Source: the human T2T-CHM13v2.0 reference genome, Homo sapiens. Taken from it: a stretch of 64,000 nt of DNA. The notes below the pieces were generated by a model, which saw only the letters and a list, made by a program, of their open reading frames with translations, was not told the origin of the DNA and did no database searches. Where the stretch lies: the NCBI RefSeq assembly GCF_009914755.1, contig NC_060925.1. One strand, written 5' to 3'. This document shows, one piece after another, positions 11,835 to 31,120 of the stretch; position 1 is the stretch's first letter, and every line of letters begins with the position of its first letter. Both the position numbers and the translations under genes were made by a program.

Positions 11835-14800
11835 ACTTTAAGTTCTGGGATACATGTGCAGAACGTGCAGTTTTGTTACATACGTATACACATGCCATGG
11901 TGGTTTGCTGCACCCATCAACCCGTCATCTACATTAGGTATTTCCCCTAATGCTACCCCTCTCCTAGCCCTCCACACCCCGAGAGGCCCTGATGTGTAAT
12001 GTTCCCCTACCTGTGACCATGAGTTCTCATTGTTCAACTCCCACTTATGTGGTGTTTTGGTTTACTGTTCCTGTGTTAGTTTGCTGAGAATGATGGTTTC
12101 TAGCTTCATCCATGTCCCTGCAAAGGAAATGAACTTATTTTTTATGACTGCATAGTATTCCATGATGTATATGTGCCACATTTGCTTTATCCAGTCTATC
12201 ATTGATGGGCATTTGGGTTGGTTCCAAGTCTTTGCTGTTGTGAATAGTGCTGCAATAAACATACTTGTGCATGTGTCTTTATAGTAGAAGGATTTATAAT
12301 CCTTTGGATATATACCCAGTAATGGGATTGCTGGATCAAATGGTATTTCTGGTTCTAGATCCTTGAGGAATTGCCACACTGTCTTCCACAATGGTTGAAC
12401 TAATTTACACTCCCACCAACAGTGTCAAAGCATTCCTATTTCTCCACATCCTTTCCAGCATCTGTTGTTTCCTGACTTTTTAATGATCACCATTCTAACT
12501 GGCATGAGATGGTATCTCACTGTGGTTTTGATTTGCATTAGAGAAATGCAAATCAAATGACCAGTGGTGATGAACATTTTTTCATATGTTTGTTGGCTGG
12601 ATAAATGGTTTTTTTGGAGAGTTGTCTGTTAGTATCCTTCACCCACTTTTTGACAGGGTTGTTTGTTTTTTTCTTGTAAATTTGCTTAAGTTCCTTGTAG
12701 ATTCTGGATATTAGCCATTTGTCTGATGGATAGATTGCAAAAAATTTTCCCATTCTATAGGTTGCCTGTTGACTCTGATGATAGTTTCTTTTGCTGTGCA
12801 AAAGCTCTTTATTTTAATTAGATCCCATTTGTCAATTTTGGCTTTTGTTGCCATTGGTTTTAGTGTTTTAGCCATGAAGTCTTTGCCCATGCCTATGTCC
12901 TGAATGGTATCACCTAGGTATTCTTCTAGGATTTTTAATGGCTTTAGGCCTTACATTTAAGTCTTTAATCCATCTTGAGTTAATTTTTGTATAAGGTGAA
13001 AGGAAGGGGTTCAGTTTCAGTTTTCTGCATATGGCTAGCCAGTTTTCCCAACACCGTTTATTAAATAGGGAATCCTTTCCCCATTGGCTGTTTTTGTCAG
13101 GTTTGTCAAGGATCAGATGGTTGTAGATGTGTGGCATTATTTCTGAGTCCTCTTTTCTGTTCCATTGGTCTACATATCTGTTTTGATAACTGTACCATGT
13201 TGTTCTGGTTACTGTAGCCTTGTCGTATAGTTTGAAGTCAGGTAGCGTGATGCCTCCAGCTTTGTTCTTTTTGCTTAGGATTGTGTTGTGTATACAGGTT
13301 CTTTTTTGCTTCCATATGAAGTTTTAAGTAGTTTTTTCTAATTCTGTGAAGAAACTCCATTACAGCTTGATGGGGATAGCATTGGATCTATAAATCACTT
13401 TGGGCAGTATGGCCATTTTCATGATATTGATTCTTCAGACCCATGAGCATGGAATGTTTTTCCATGTGTTAGTGTCCTCTCTTATTTCCTTAAGCAGTGG
13501 TTTGTAGTTCTCCTTGAAGAGGTCCTTCACACCCCTTGTAAGTTGTATTCCTATGTATTTTATTTTCTTTTAGCAATTGTGAATGGGAGTTCACTCATGA
13601 TTGGCTCTCCGTTTGTCTATTGTTGATGTATAGGAATGATTTTGATTTTTGCACATTGATTTTGTATCCTGAGACTTTGTTGAAGTTGCTTATCAGCTTT
13701 AGGAGATTTTGGGCTGAGACGATGGGGTTTTCTAAATATACAATCATATCATCTGCAAACAGAGACAATTTGACTTCCTCTCTTCCTATTTGAATACTCT
13801 TTATTTCTTTCTCTTGCCTGATTGCCCTGGCCAGAACTTCCAATACTATGTTGAATAGGAGTGGTGAGAGAGGGCATCCATGCATTGTGCTGGTTTTCAA
13901 AGGGAATGCTTCTAGCTTTTGCCCATTCAGTATGATATTGGTTGTGGTTTTGTCATAAATGGCTCTTATTATTTTTACATACGTTCCATCAATACCTAGT
14001 TTATCTAGAGTTTTTAGCCTGAAAGGGTGTTGAATTTTATCAAAGGCCTTTTCTGCACATATTGAAATAATCATGTGGTTTTTGTCATTGGTTCTGTTTA
14101 TGTGATGGATTACGTTTATTGATTTGCGTAAGTGGAACCAGCCTTGCGGATCAGGGATGAAGCCGACTTGATATTGGAGGATAAACTTTTTGATGTGCTG
14201 CTGGATTCGGTTTGCCAGTATTTTATTGAGGATTTTTGCATTGATGTTAATCAGGGATATTGGTCTCAAATTCTCTTTTTTTGTTGCGTCTCTGCGAGGC
14301 TTTGGTGTCAGGATGATGCTGGCCTCATAAAATGAGTTAGGGAGGATTCCCTCTTTTTCTATTAAGTGGAATAGTTTCAGAAGGAATGGTACCAGCTCCT
14401 CCTTGTACCTCTGATAGAATTCGACTGTGAATCCATCTGGTCCTGGACTTTTTTTGGTTGGTAAGCTATTAATTATTGCCTCAATTTCAGAGCCTGTTAT
14501 TGGTCTATTCAGAGATTCACCTTCTTCCTGGTTTATTCTGGGGAGGGTGTATGTGTTGAGGAATTTATCCATTTCTTCTAGATTTTCTAGTTTATTTGCA
14601 TAGAGTTGTTTATAGTATTCTCTGATGGTAGTTTGTCTTTCTGTGGGATCCGTGGTGATATGCCCTTTATCATTTTTTATTGCATCTATTTGATTCTTCT
14701 ATCTTTTCTTCTTTATTAGTCTTGCTAGCAGTCTATCAATTTTGTTGATCTTTTCAAAAAACCAGCTACCGGATTCATTGATTTTTTGAAGGGGTTTTTG

Positions 14801-17800
14801 TGTCTCTATTTCCTTTGGGTCTGCTCTGATCTTAGCTATTTCTTGCTTTCTGCTGGCTTTTGGATGTGTTTGCTCTTGCTTCTCTAGTTCTTTTAATTGT
14901 GATGTTCGGTTGTCAATTTTAGATCTTTCCTGCTTTCTCTTGTGGGCATTTAGTGCTATAAATTTCCCTCTACACACTGCTTTGAATGTGTCCCAGAGAT
15001 TCTGGTATGTTGTGTCTTTTTTCTCATTGGTTTCAAAGAATGTCTTTATTTCTGTCTTCATTTCGTTATGTACCCAGTAGTCATTCAGGAGCAGGTTGTT
15101 CAATTTCCATGTAGTTGAGCGGTTTTGAGTGAGTTTCTTTTATTATTATTATTATGCTTTAAGTTTTAGGGTACATGTGAACAACGTGCAGGTTTGTTAC
15201 ATATGTATACGTGTGCCATGTTGGTGTGCTGCACACATTAACTCGTCATTTAGCCTTAGGTATACCTCCTAATGGTATCCTATGCAGCCATAAAAAATGA
15301 TGAGTTCATGTCCTTTGTAGGGACATAGATGAAGCTGGGAACCATCATTCTCAGCAAACTATCACAAGCACAAAAAACCAAACACTGCATGTTCTCGCTC
15401 ATAGGTGGGAATTGAACAATGAGAACACATGGACACAGGAAAGGGAACATCACACACTGAGTGAGTTTCTTAATCCTGAGTTCTAGTTTGATTGCACTGT
15501 GGTCTGAGAGACAGTTTGTTATAATTTCTGTTCTCTTACATTTGCTGAGGTGTGCTTTACTTCCAACTATGTGGTCAATTTTTGGAATAAGTGCAGTGTG
15601 GTGCTGAGAAGAATGTATATTCTGTTGATTTTGGATTGTGAGTTCTGTAGATGTCTATTAGGTCCGCTTGGCACAGAGCTGAGTTCAATTCCTGTATATC
15701 CTTGTTAACTTTCTGTCTCATTGATGTGTCTAATGTTGACAGTGGGGTGTTGAAGTCTCCCATTATTATTGTGTGGGAGTCTAAGTCTCTTTGTAGGTCT
15801 CTAAGGACTTGCTTTATGAATCTGGGTGCTCCTGTATTGGGTGCATCTATATTTAGGATAGTTAGCTCTTCTTGTTGAATGGATCCCTTTACCATGATGT
15901 AATGGCCTTCTTTGTCTCTTTTGATCTTTGTTGGTTTAAAGTCTGTTTTATCCGAGACTAGGATGGCAACTCCTGCCTTTTTGTGTTTTCCATTTGCTTG
16001 GAAGATCTTCCTCCATCCCTTTATTTTGAGCCTATGTGTGTCTCTGCATGTGAGATGGGTTTCCTGAATACAGCACACTGATGGGTCTTGACTCTTTATG
16101 AAATTTGCCAGTCTGTGTTTTTTAATTGGAGCATTTAGCCCATTTACATTTAAGGTTAATATTGTTATGTGTGAATTTGATCCTGTCATTATGATGTTAG
16201 CTGGTTATTTTGCTCTTTAGTTGATGCAGTTTCTTCCTAGTATCGATGGTCCTTCCAATTTGGCATGTTTTTGAAGTGGCTGGTACCAGTTGTTCCTTTC
16301 CATGTTTAGTGCTTCCTTCAGGAGCTCTTATAGGGCAGGCCTGGTGGTGACAAAATCTCTCAGCATTTGCTTGTCTGTAAAGGAATTTATTTCTCCTTCA
16401 CTTATGAAGCTTAGTTTGGTTGCATATGAAATTCTGGGTCGAAAATTCTTTTCTTAAGAATGTTGAATATAGGCCCCCACTCTCTTCTAGCTTGTAGAGT
16501 TTCTGCCGAGAGCTCCGCTGTCAGTCTGATGGGCTTCCCTTTGTGGGTAACCCGACCTTTCTCTCTGGTTGCCCTTAACATTTTTTCCTTCATTTCAACT
16601 TTGGTGAATCTGACAATTATGTGTCTTGGAGTCGCTCTTCTCAAGGAGTATCTTTGTGGCATTCTGTGTATTTCCTGAATTTGAATGTTTGCCTGCCTTG
16701 CTAGATTGGGGAAGTTCTGCTGGATAATATCCTGAAGAGTGTTTTCCAGCTTGGTTCCATTCTCCCCATCACTTTCAGGTACACCTGTCAGACATAGACT
16801 TGGTCTTTTCACATAGTCCCATATTTCTTGGAGGCTTTGTTCATTTCCTCTTATTCTTTTATCTCTGAACTTCTCTTCTCGCTTCATTTCATTCGTTTGA
16901 TCTTCCTTCACTGATACCCTTTCTTCCAGTTGATGGAATCAGCTACTGAGGCTTGTACATTTGTCACGTGGTTCTTGTGCCATGGTTTTCAGCTCCATCA
17001 GGTCCTTCAAGGACTTCTCTGCATTGGTTATTTTAGTTAGCCATTCATCTAATTTTTTTTCAATGTTTTTGACTTCTTTGCCATGGGTTCGAACTTCCTC
17101 TTTTAGCTCAGAGTAGTTTGATCATCTGAAGCCTTCATCTCTCAACTCATCAAAGTCCTTCTCCCTCTAGCTTTGTTCCATTGCTGGTGAGGAGCTGCGT
17201 TCCTTTGGAGGAGGAGAGGAACTCTGATTTTTAGAGTTTCCCATTTTTCTGCTCTGCTTTTTCCCCATCTTTGTGGTTTTATCTACCTTTGGTCTTTGAT
17301 GATGCTGATGTACAGACTGGGTTTTGGTGTGGATGTCCTTTCTGTTTGTTAGTTTTCCTTCTAACAGTCAGGACCCTCAGCTGCAGGTCTGTTGGAGTTT
17401 GCTGGAGGTCCACTCCAGAAGCTGTTTGCCTGGGTATCAGCAGCAGAGGCTGCAGAACAGTGGATATTGGTGAACAACAAATGTTGCTGCCCGATCATTC
17501 CTGTGGAAGTTTTGTCTCAGAGGAGTACCTGGCCATGTGAGGTGTCAGTCTGCCCCTGCTGGTGGGTGCCTCCCAGTTAGGCTACTTAGGGGTCACAGAC
17601 CCACTTGAGGAGTCAGTCTGTCCATTCTCAGATCTCCAGCTGCGTGCTGGGAGAACCACTACTCTCTTCAAAGCTGTCAGACAGGGACATTTAAGTCTAC
17701 AGAGGATTCTGCTGCCTTTTGTTTGGCAATGCCCTGCCCCCAGAAATGGAGTCTGCAGAGGCAGGCAGGCCTCCTTGAGCTGCAGTGGGCTCCACCCAGT

Positions 17801-18296
17801 TCCAGCTTCCTGGCTGCTTTGTTTACCTACTCAAGCCTCAACAATGGCAGGCGCCCCTCCCCCAGCCTTGCTGCCGCCTTGCAGTTTGATCTCAGACTGC
17901 TGTGCTAGCAATGAGTGAGGCTCCGTGGGCATAGGACCTTTTGAGCCAGACACGAGATATAATCTCCTGGTGTGCCATTTGCTAAGACTGTTGGAAAAGT
18001 GCAGTATTAGGGTGGGAGTGACCGGATTTTACAGGTGCCATCTGTCACCCCTTTCTTTGACTAGGAAAGGGAATTCCCTGACTCCTTGCACTTCCCAGGA
18101 GAGGCAATGCCTCACGCTGCTTTGGCTCATGCTCGGTGCACTGCACCCACTGTCTTACACCCACTTTCTGACACTCCCCAGTGAGAAGAACCTGGTACCT
18201 CAGTTGGAAATGCAGAAATCACCCGTCTTCTGCACCGCTCAGGCTGGGAGCTGTAGACTGGAGCTGTTCCTATTCGGCCATCTTGGCTCAACCCCC
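11835..18296 (-). mobile_element. Full-length inactive L1PA, apparently chimeric (L1PA4/5-like 5' part, L1PA7-like 3' part)
   Basis: 5' end GGGGGTTGAGCCAAGATGGCCGAATAGG at 18296; ORF1 ATG 17268; EN (MTGSNSHITILTLNVNG) and RT (LFADDMIVY) fragments broken by stops and frameshifts; 3' UTR to 11835. Confidence 0.95.
15140..15457 (-). mobile_element. Nested 5'-inverted (twin-primed) L1PA 3' fragment
   Basis: 14-bp TSD TGAGTGAGTTTCTT at 15126-15139 and 15458-15471; orientation switch near 15280. Confidence 0.92.
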
Positions 18297-18434
18297 TAGT
18301 TAATTTTTGTGTCTTTAATAGAGACAGGGTTTCATCATATTGGCCAGAGTCGTCTTGAACTCCTGACTGAAGTGATCCACCCACCTCAGTCTCTGCAAGT
18401 GCTGGGATTACAGATGTGAGCCACTGTGCCTGGT
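18297..18434 (-). mobile_element. Orphan Alu left arm abutting the L1 5' end
   Basis: Ends at the A-rich linker. Confidence 0.85.
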
Positions 18435-18729
18435 CAATTGCTGGACGTTCATGATACACCTGGAGTATCCACAGTATCACAAGGGCCATTTTTTTCCATA
18501 ATCCAATTTATTTATATTATTGGTAGTGAGCTAATGTTGATGTCCCCAAGGTAGCAATTTAGTGACTATACCCATGATAAACGTTTCCATGCATCACGTG
18601 GTCAACAGCATTTGCTACCAAGTGCCACGTTCCATGCTCAGCAGTGGGAACACAGGATGATGGAGACAAAGTTCCTGACCTTTAGCAGCAATATCGAACA
18701 AGTGAGATTGTCAAGAAAGAAGAAATCAT

Positions 18730-19398
18730 TGTAAAACATACCATACCCCTACAATTCCGTAATCATGCTCCTGGATATTTAATGAAGTGAGTAAACCCAC
18801 ACCTGGATGTTTACAGCAACTTACTCATAATCGCCAAAACTTGGAAGCTAGCAAGTTGCCCTTCGGTCAGTGACTGGATAAGCAAACTGATCCATCCAGT
18901 CAGTGAACTATTATAAAGCTGTAAAAAGACATGAAAAATTCCTAAATGCACGTTATTGTACAAGTGAAAGAAGGCAATCTGAAAAGACTCATCCTGTTAG
19001 ACATTCCAGAAAAAGCTTTTGCATTTTTCTAAGGAGACAGTAGAAAGCCCAGTGGATGCAAGGGGTTGGGAGCACAATGGGATGAATGGGAAGAGGACAG
19101 AGGAATTTTAGGGAAAGAAAACTACTCTCCATGATGCTCTAATGGTGGATACATGTCATTATCCCTTTGTTAAAATCCATAGAATGTACAAAACCAGCAA
19201 TGATCCCTCATGTGAACTATGGACATTGGGTGATAATGATGTGTCCCTGTGGCTCATTGGTTGTGATGAATGCTCTGTGCTGGTGTGGGTGCTGATCCTG
19301 TGGGGGTGCTGTGTATTGAAGGGGGAAGAAGGTAGATGAGAACTCTGCAGTTTCTGCTTAGTTTTTCTGTGAATCTAAAACTGCTGTAAAGGAAAAAA
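18730..19398 (+). mobile_element. Old L1 3' end (L1MC-like)
   Basis: GGATACATGTCATTAT...TGTGAACTATGGAC...TTTTTCTGTGAATCTAAAACTGCT is typical of an L1MC 3' UTR. Confidence 0.7.
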
Positions 19399-19400
19399 TA

Positions 19401-20058
<658 letters not shown>

Positions 20059-20216
20059 TTAAAACTGTAATGTTTCCTTTCAAAGCTAAAATTGTATTAT
20101 TCTAAATATATTTTAAAGAAGAAATGATTATTGTTCAGTGTCTTTAAAATTAGTTTTTAAAATCTCATTTGTTTTGACATTTCAAACCAAGTTAAGTATT
20201 CTTTTTCTCACCCTCC

Positions 20217-21208
<992 letters not shown>

Positions 21209-21529
21209 TAAAAACACCATAAAATATAATCCTTGCAACACTCAATTATACCATCTGGTCGGATCTATCAGCAGATGGCACCCGAGACATACGGATTGGA
21301 AATTTTGATCTTATTATGAATGAATCCAGTCCAGAAATGCCCACCCTGCCCCCTGCTGGCTCCTGGGGCTCTGCTCTTTGGGGCAATCATGATGAAATTG
21401 TGGCAGAGAGTAGAAGTTGAGCCCCATTGCATGCCCTGAGTTCTTGTTGCCTCTCTATTATCAGGAAAAGGAGGTGAGATTGAAAGATGAAAAGTGCTGG
21501 GACTTCTGCTGAGAAGAGAAAAAAGAACA

Positions 21530-21720
21530 AGATGTATTGATCTTACTGTATGCCAGACCCCATGCCAAGCCCTAAACATGAACCATCTCATTGGATCCTA
21601 CCAAGGTCCCATAAGCTGTTGGACATCATCATCCTCATTTTACAGGAAGCTGAGGCTCTAGGCTAACATCCCTGACAGCAACACCAGCCCCTGAGTACTC
21701 AGCAGGATCCTTCACTTGGG
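21530..21720 (-). mobile_element. MIR fragment
   Basis: CCTCATTTTACAGGAAGCTGAGGCTC core resembles the MIR core. Confidence 0.55.
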
Positions 21721-22393
21721 TGCCCATTATGCAGAATTCCTCAGCACAGGGAAGGTCACTCATCACCCACAGGCCCTTGATCGTTATCCACCCTTTGATG
21801 CTGTCAGATTCCAGAACACGCTGCACTAGTCTCTTCCTTCATAGGGAGAGAGGGGAGGTGTTATGAGAAAATCTCTCATCAATCTGACCTAGCTCCCCCA
21901 AAAGATGTAACTTTTAAAATGTCAGATGGAAATATTTAAAAAGTGTTACATGCCTGTATAGTTTTAGTATTTTACTTAAAGGGAATGTGGCTGTCTTTAC
22001 TGGCTACAACCAGTTTAATTCAAGAAGGGCTGCTGGTCATCAGGAGAACAAGCAAGGGTTGATGCTGCCCAGAGTCTCCAGCTAATACACAATATGGACA
22101 TCCCCTTCCAGGGCAGCGGGAAGAGAGTGGCTCCTTGTGCAGTGAAGCTGACATCCACCAACTAAGGCTTCTGGAAGCATGTGGAGACTCACAGGGAGTG
22201 GGCAGGGTCTCAGCATCTGGATAGCGGTGAAAGACCCTGAGAAGAAGGTGCTTTCCGTGTGGATTGGCTCACTGTTCTTGCCCAGTAATGTTCCAGGCCT
22301 TTGGTGTCCACCTAGTGTGTATTAACCCACTGAACAGCCACAGAAACTAACAAGGAGTTAACAGACATCTAAAGAAGTGAAGAACTGGAGGAG

Positions 22394-22985
<592 letters not shown>

Positions 22986-23181
22986 AGAATGGGAGGAAAC
23001 TGATTACAATAACCAAATTTCATTTAAATGCCTTGATTTTCTTGGGCTGCATCTTATTGATTGGACAACTCAGTCAGTGCCTTTTGTTTTTTCCATCAAT
23101 AACTGAAGATTCCTGAGGCTTAAACTGGAAAACAGGTTACTTAATAATAGAGGGCACCAGACAGATTCTGCTCAGTTTTCC

Positions 23182-23187
23182 TTTATT
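23182..23187 (-). terminator. Probable PRAMEF4 polyadenylation signal
   Basis: TTTATT on + strand in the paralog-conserved context, about 310 nt past the stop. Confidence 0.5.
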
Positions 23188-23499
23188 TCTGATTGTTTCT
23201 TTACAACCATCCATGCAAGAGTAACTCCCTCATGTATTCTCAAGCCTGAATTCCACTCTAGACATTCAGATTCCCATTTTCGACTCTACAGGACACAGGT
23301 CCCCAAAGTCCCATCGAATCCATGGCAACATTTCCCCCAAGTCCGGCCCCTGCTTGATCAGCTTTCCTTTCCCACTTTCAGAGCCTATGTGTGAAATGAT
23401 GGGTTCTGTGCTCCCTTTAGGATGTACCTAAGACCTAGGTTTTAGTTTCCAAGTGTCCAGAAGAAAGCGTTTGACATACCCATCCAAATAGGCAGGCAT

Positions 23500-24096
<597 letters not shown>

Positions 24097-24194
24097 TCAT
24101 AGGGGTGAGTGGAGGGTGGTGGGGAATGGCTTCAAGGTAATGGATGGAGACCTTTTTGCCCAAGTCCAGGGTCATTCTGATGGCCTGATGGTCA

Positions 24195-24578
<384 letters not shown>

Positions 24579-25039
24579 TCACCATCATTTATAGGAATGG
24601 ATCAAGTTCACAGAATCCCTAAAGCTCCCTTTCCTCATCTGTCAGGCAGAAAACCACATCCCTGGGCCACAGGAGCCCAGTGGAGATTCAGGCATAAAGG
24701 ACAAACCCAGACAGGATCCTGCAACATCAGCTACGGTGGGCGGGCTGCAGGCATCCCTGACATGCCTGTATCATCAGCAAACCATCTATCACTTTCACCA
24801 TTCTTTGTGCCTGCACCCTGACCCTCTGTTTCAGAATCATGCATTGCCTAGATAATTAATTTACCTGGAGCTCAAAAGAAACTTTTACAACAGGGAATTA
24901 GAGATGGGATCATTCATGTTCACCAAACTGTGGGGCACAAAGCTGATTTTCTGACTAGTGCAGGTTTGCTGAACATTCCCCTCTTCAGTGCCCACTTCAC
25001 TTCCCTACTTCACATCATCTTCTTAAAAATTATCTTGTT

Positions 25040-25485
25040 GGCTGGGCGTGGTAGCTCTCGCCTATAATCCCAGCACTTTGGGAGTCCATGGTGGGTGGAT
25101 CACCTGAAGTCAGGAGTTGGAGAATAACCTGGCCAACATGGTGAAACCCTGTCTCTACTTAAAATATAAAAATTAGCCAGGTGTGGTGGCTCACGCCTGT
25201 AATCCCAGGCACTCAGGAGGCTGAGGCAGGAGAATCGCATGAACCTGGGAGGCAGAAGTTGCTGCGAGCTGAGATGTCACAACTGCACTGTAGCCTAGAC
25301 GATCAAAGAGAAACTCCATCTCAGAAAAAAAAAGTTATCTTGTTTGTTTTTACTTTTGTTTATTCATTTCTGACAGGGGTCTTGGTATGTTAGCCAGACT
25401 GGTCTTAAACTCCTAGGCTCAAGCTATCCTCTTGCCTCAGACTCCCAAAGTGATAGGATTACAGGCATGAGCCACCGCCCCTGGC
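25040..25485. mobile_element. Alu (+) and FLAM-like monomer (-) in PRAMEF4 intron 3
   Basis: About 25040-25332 (+) and 25350-25485 (-). Confidence 0.85.
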
Positions 25486-25808
25486 GTATTTTTCATCATC
25501 TTAACTTAGACACACGTCCTCAGGAAGAATTCAGAAAGGCACCCTCACTAGATCTGAACCCCCCAGTAGCTGGCTTCCTAGCATGGCAGCCTCTCCATAG
25601 CATCTCCCCTAGCTGATCCCTCTGCCTCTATTGGGAGGGTTGCATGATACCCATTTCAGGACAGGGCCGCCCACAGGACAATGCATGGACATTCTAGTGT
25701 CCCCTTCACTGTTTCATCCTCATAGGCTGGCTCACAGTAGATGCCCACTAGTGTTTACTGTAACAGGCTCTGCTGTGGTCTGCAGAGAAAGCTCACCACC
25801 CTCCCTCA

Positions 25809-26429
<621 letters not shown>

Positions 26430-26463
26430 TCATTTCTGAACTTAAACTCCACATCCTGGATAG

Positions 26464-26827
<364 letters not shown>

Positions 26828-27056
26828 AGTTCTCACTTTTCATGGTGCCTTTCAGTGCCATTAGAGGAGAGGTTCCTGTTACCTCCATGGACCTTGCGTG
26901 GTGAGCAGTGCTTTCCCTGAGGAGCTGGTGAATGGCCAAGTCCTCTCGGCTTCCTCACCACCACCATCCCCCTTGGGCCTCCTCACTTCTCACGACGCAG
27001 CTGTTCCTTCAGTTGGACACCTGGGCCCTCCCCACCAGCCCACCTGGGCCACCTCA

Positions 27057-27479
<423 letters not shown>

Positions 27480-27819
27480 TTACTCCAATTCTACTCTGTA
27501 CTCAGTGGCCATTAAGCCAGCATTCTGCCTCTGCTGCATCAGCATGAGCGTCTCCGAAGCAGTGAGGAAGCAGGGCCACCACGAGCCCTTCCTTTCTATC
27601 CAGTGCTCCATCCAGTGACTAGTGAGTGTGGAGGAACCTGAAAGTGAACCCCTCCTACCATTGGGGGAAACTACTAATTACTCAAGGTTCTAAAACAATG
27701 GGAATGGGAATGTCACAAGCCTACATGCCCACATTTTCAGTTCCTACAAATAAGCTTGTTGGGAACATTCATGGGGCATCCCTAGAACAGGTTCTATTTG
27801 TTTTCTTTTCATTATTTAA

Positions 27820-27983
27820 GCTTGCTTTCTCTTTCTCTCTCTTTCTTCTTTCCTTCTTTCCCTCTCTCCCTCCCTTCTTTCTTTCTTTCCCCCTCTCTCT
27901 CCCTTTTTTCTTTCTTGTCTTCTTTCCCTGCCTCCCTTCTCTCATTCTCTCTCTCTTTCTCTCTCTCCCTCTCTCACTCTTTC
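27820..27983. repeat. Pyrimidine-rich low-complexity tract (decayed Alu tail)
   Basis: Directly visible, abuts a minus-strand Alu. Confidence 0.85.
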
Positions 27984-29875
<1,892 letters not shown>

Positions 29876-30105
29876 CCCTTCAAGAATTTTAAAATGGCAT
29901 CAACCAAAGCACAATCAACTTTTTTGAAATAAAGACAGAACTGCATTTAGAGGAAAAAATTCAAAGCTTCCAATTGTTCATATAAAAAAAAAAAAAAAAA
30001 AAGGACAGGATATAGCTCTGTGCCATCGTAGGCTGCACTGTCACCATCCCAGACCGACTGACTGTAGGTCAGATGGGAGTGTCCTTACAGAAATTAGTGA
30101 CTTAC

Positions 30106-30180
30106 CAGATCTGGATGTAGTCTAGAAGGTGCTCAGATCTCAGGAAGAACCAAGCAGGAACTCCAGGCTTGAAGACTTTG
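30106..30180 (-). other. PRAMEF4: PRAMEF4 non-coding exon 1 (start approximate)
   Basis: Donor CTG|GTAAGTCAC at 30106/30105, homologous to PRAMEF2 exon 1. Confidence 0.65.
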
Positions 30181-30204
30181 GGTCTCTCCTGTGGGTCCTT
30201 AGAA

Positions 30205-30365
30205 GCTTTTACTGACCTTTCTAATCACAACTCCCACCCACGCCCCTCCACGTATGCACTGCTAGCTTCCAATCAAAAAGCAATATCTGATTGCATTTGT
30301 GAAGCTCCACCCAGTTAATCCTGATTGGGTTTTTGGCTTTCCCCAGATTAATGGATTGAGTCAGA
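30205..30365 (-). promoter_or_regulatory. PRAMEF4 promoter: degenerate TATA, CCAAT, DUX4-like motifs
   Basis: CAGTAAAAGC at the TATA position (30205-30214); TGATTGCATTT 30288-30298, TGATTGGGTTT 30322-30332, GGATTGAGTCA 30353-30363. Confidence 0.65.
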
Positions 30366-30459
30366 TATCCATTCATATCACATATCTGTATTCAGTTCGT
30401 GAAGCAAGAAATTGACAGTGTTAGGGATAGGGTAGAAGTCAAGAATACATTCATTCAAG

Positions 30460-30750
<291 letters not shown>

Positions 30751-31120
30751 TCATTCATTCATGAACTCCACAAACACTGATGGTATTTTATTAATATGTG
30801 AACTTCATAGTCTTGAGTGTGAGGCAGGGAAGGATTTGATCTGTTCCCAACATTAGACAGAAAAATAAAATCTGAAAGTAGTGTTGTTAGGAGATCTTTG
30901 GCCACATCAAAATATAAAAATGCTTTCTACTTTAAAAAGCTTTATAAAAACAGAGGAGTCATCCCTACGATATCAGAATAAAAATCTCAATGTATTGAAT
31001 GGTCTTTGGGATTTTATATAACCTAAGGTAGCAGATTACATGCTCGTTCTGGTGGAGGAGAGGTGCCACTGAGGGCGTGAGTGGTCTCAGTGCTTAGGTT
31101 AAGGCTTCTTTGGAAGAAAT

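Noticed and set aside
13595-16911. Endonuclease, RT and ORF1 frames as functional genes
   Set aside because: Fragments of an L1 broken by stops, frameshifts and a nested insertion
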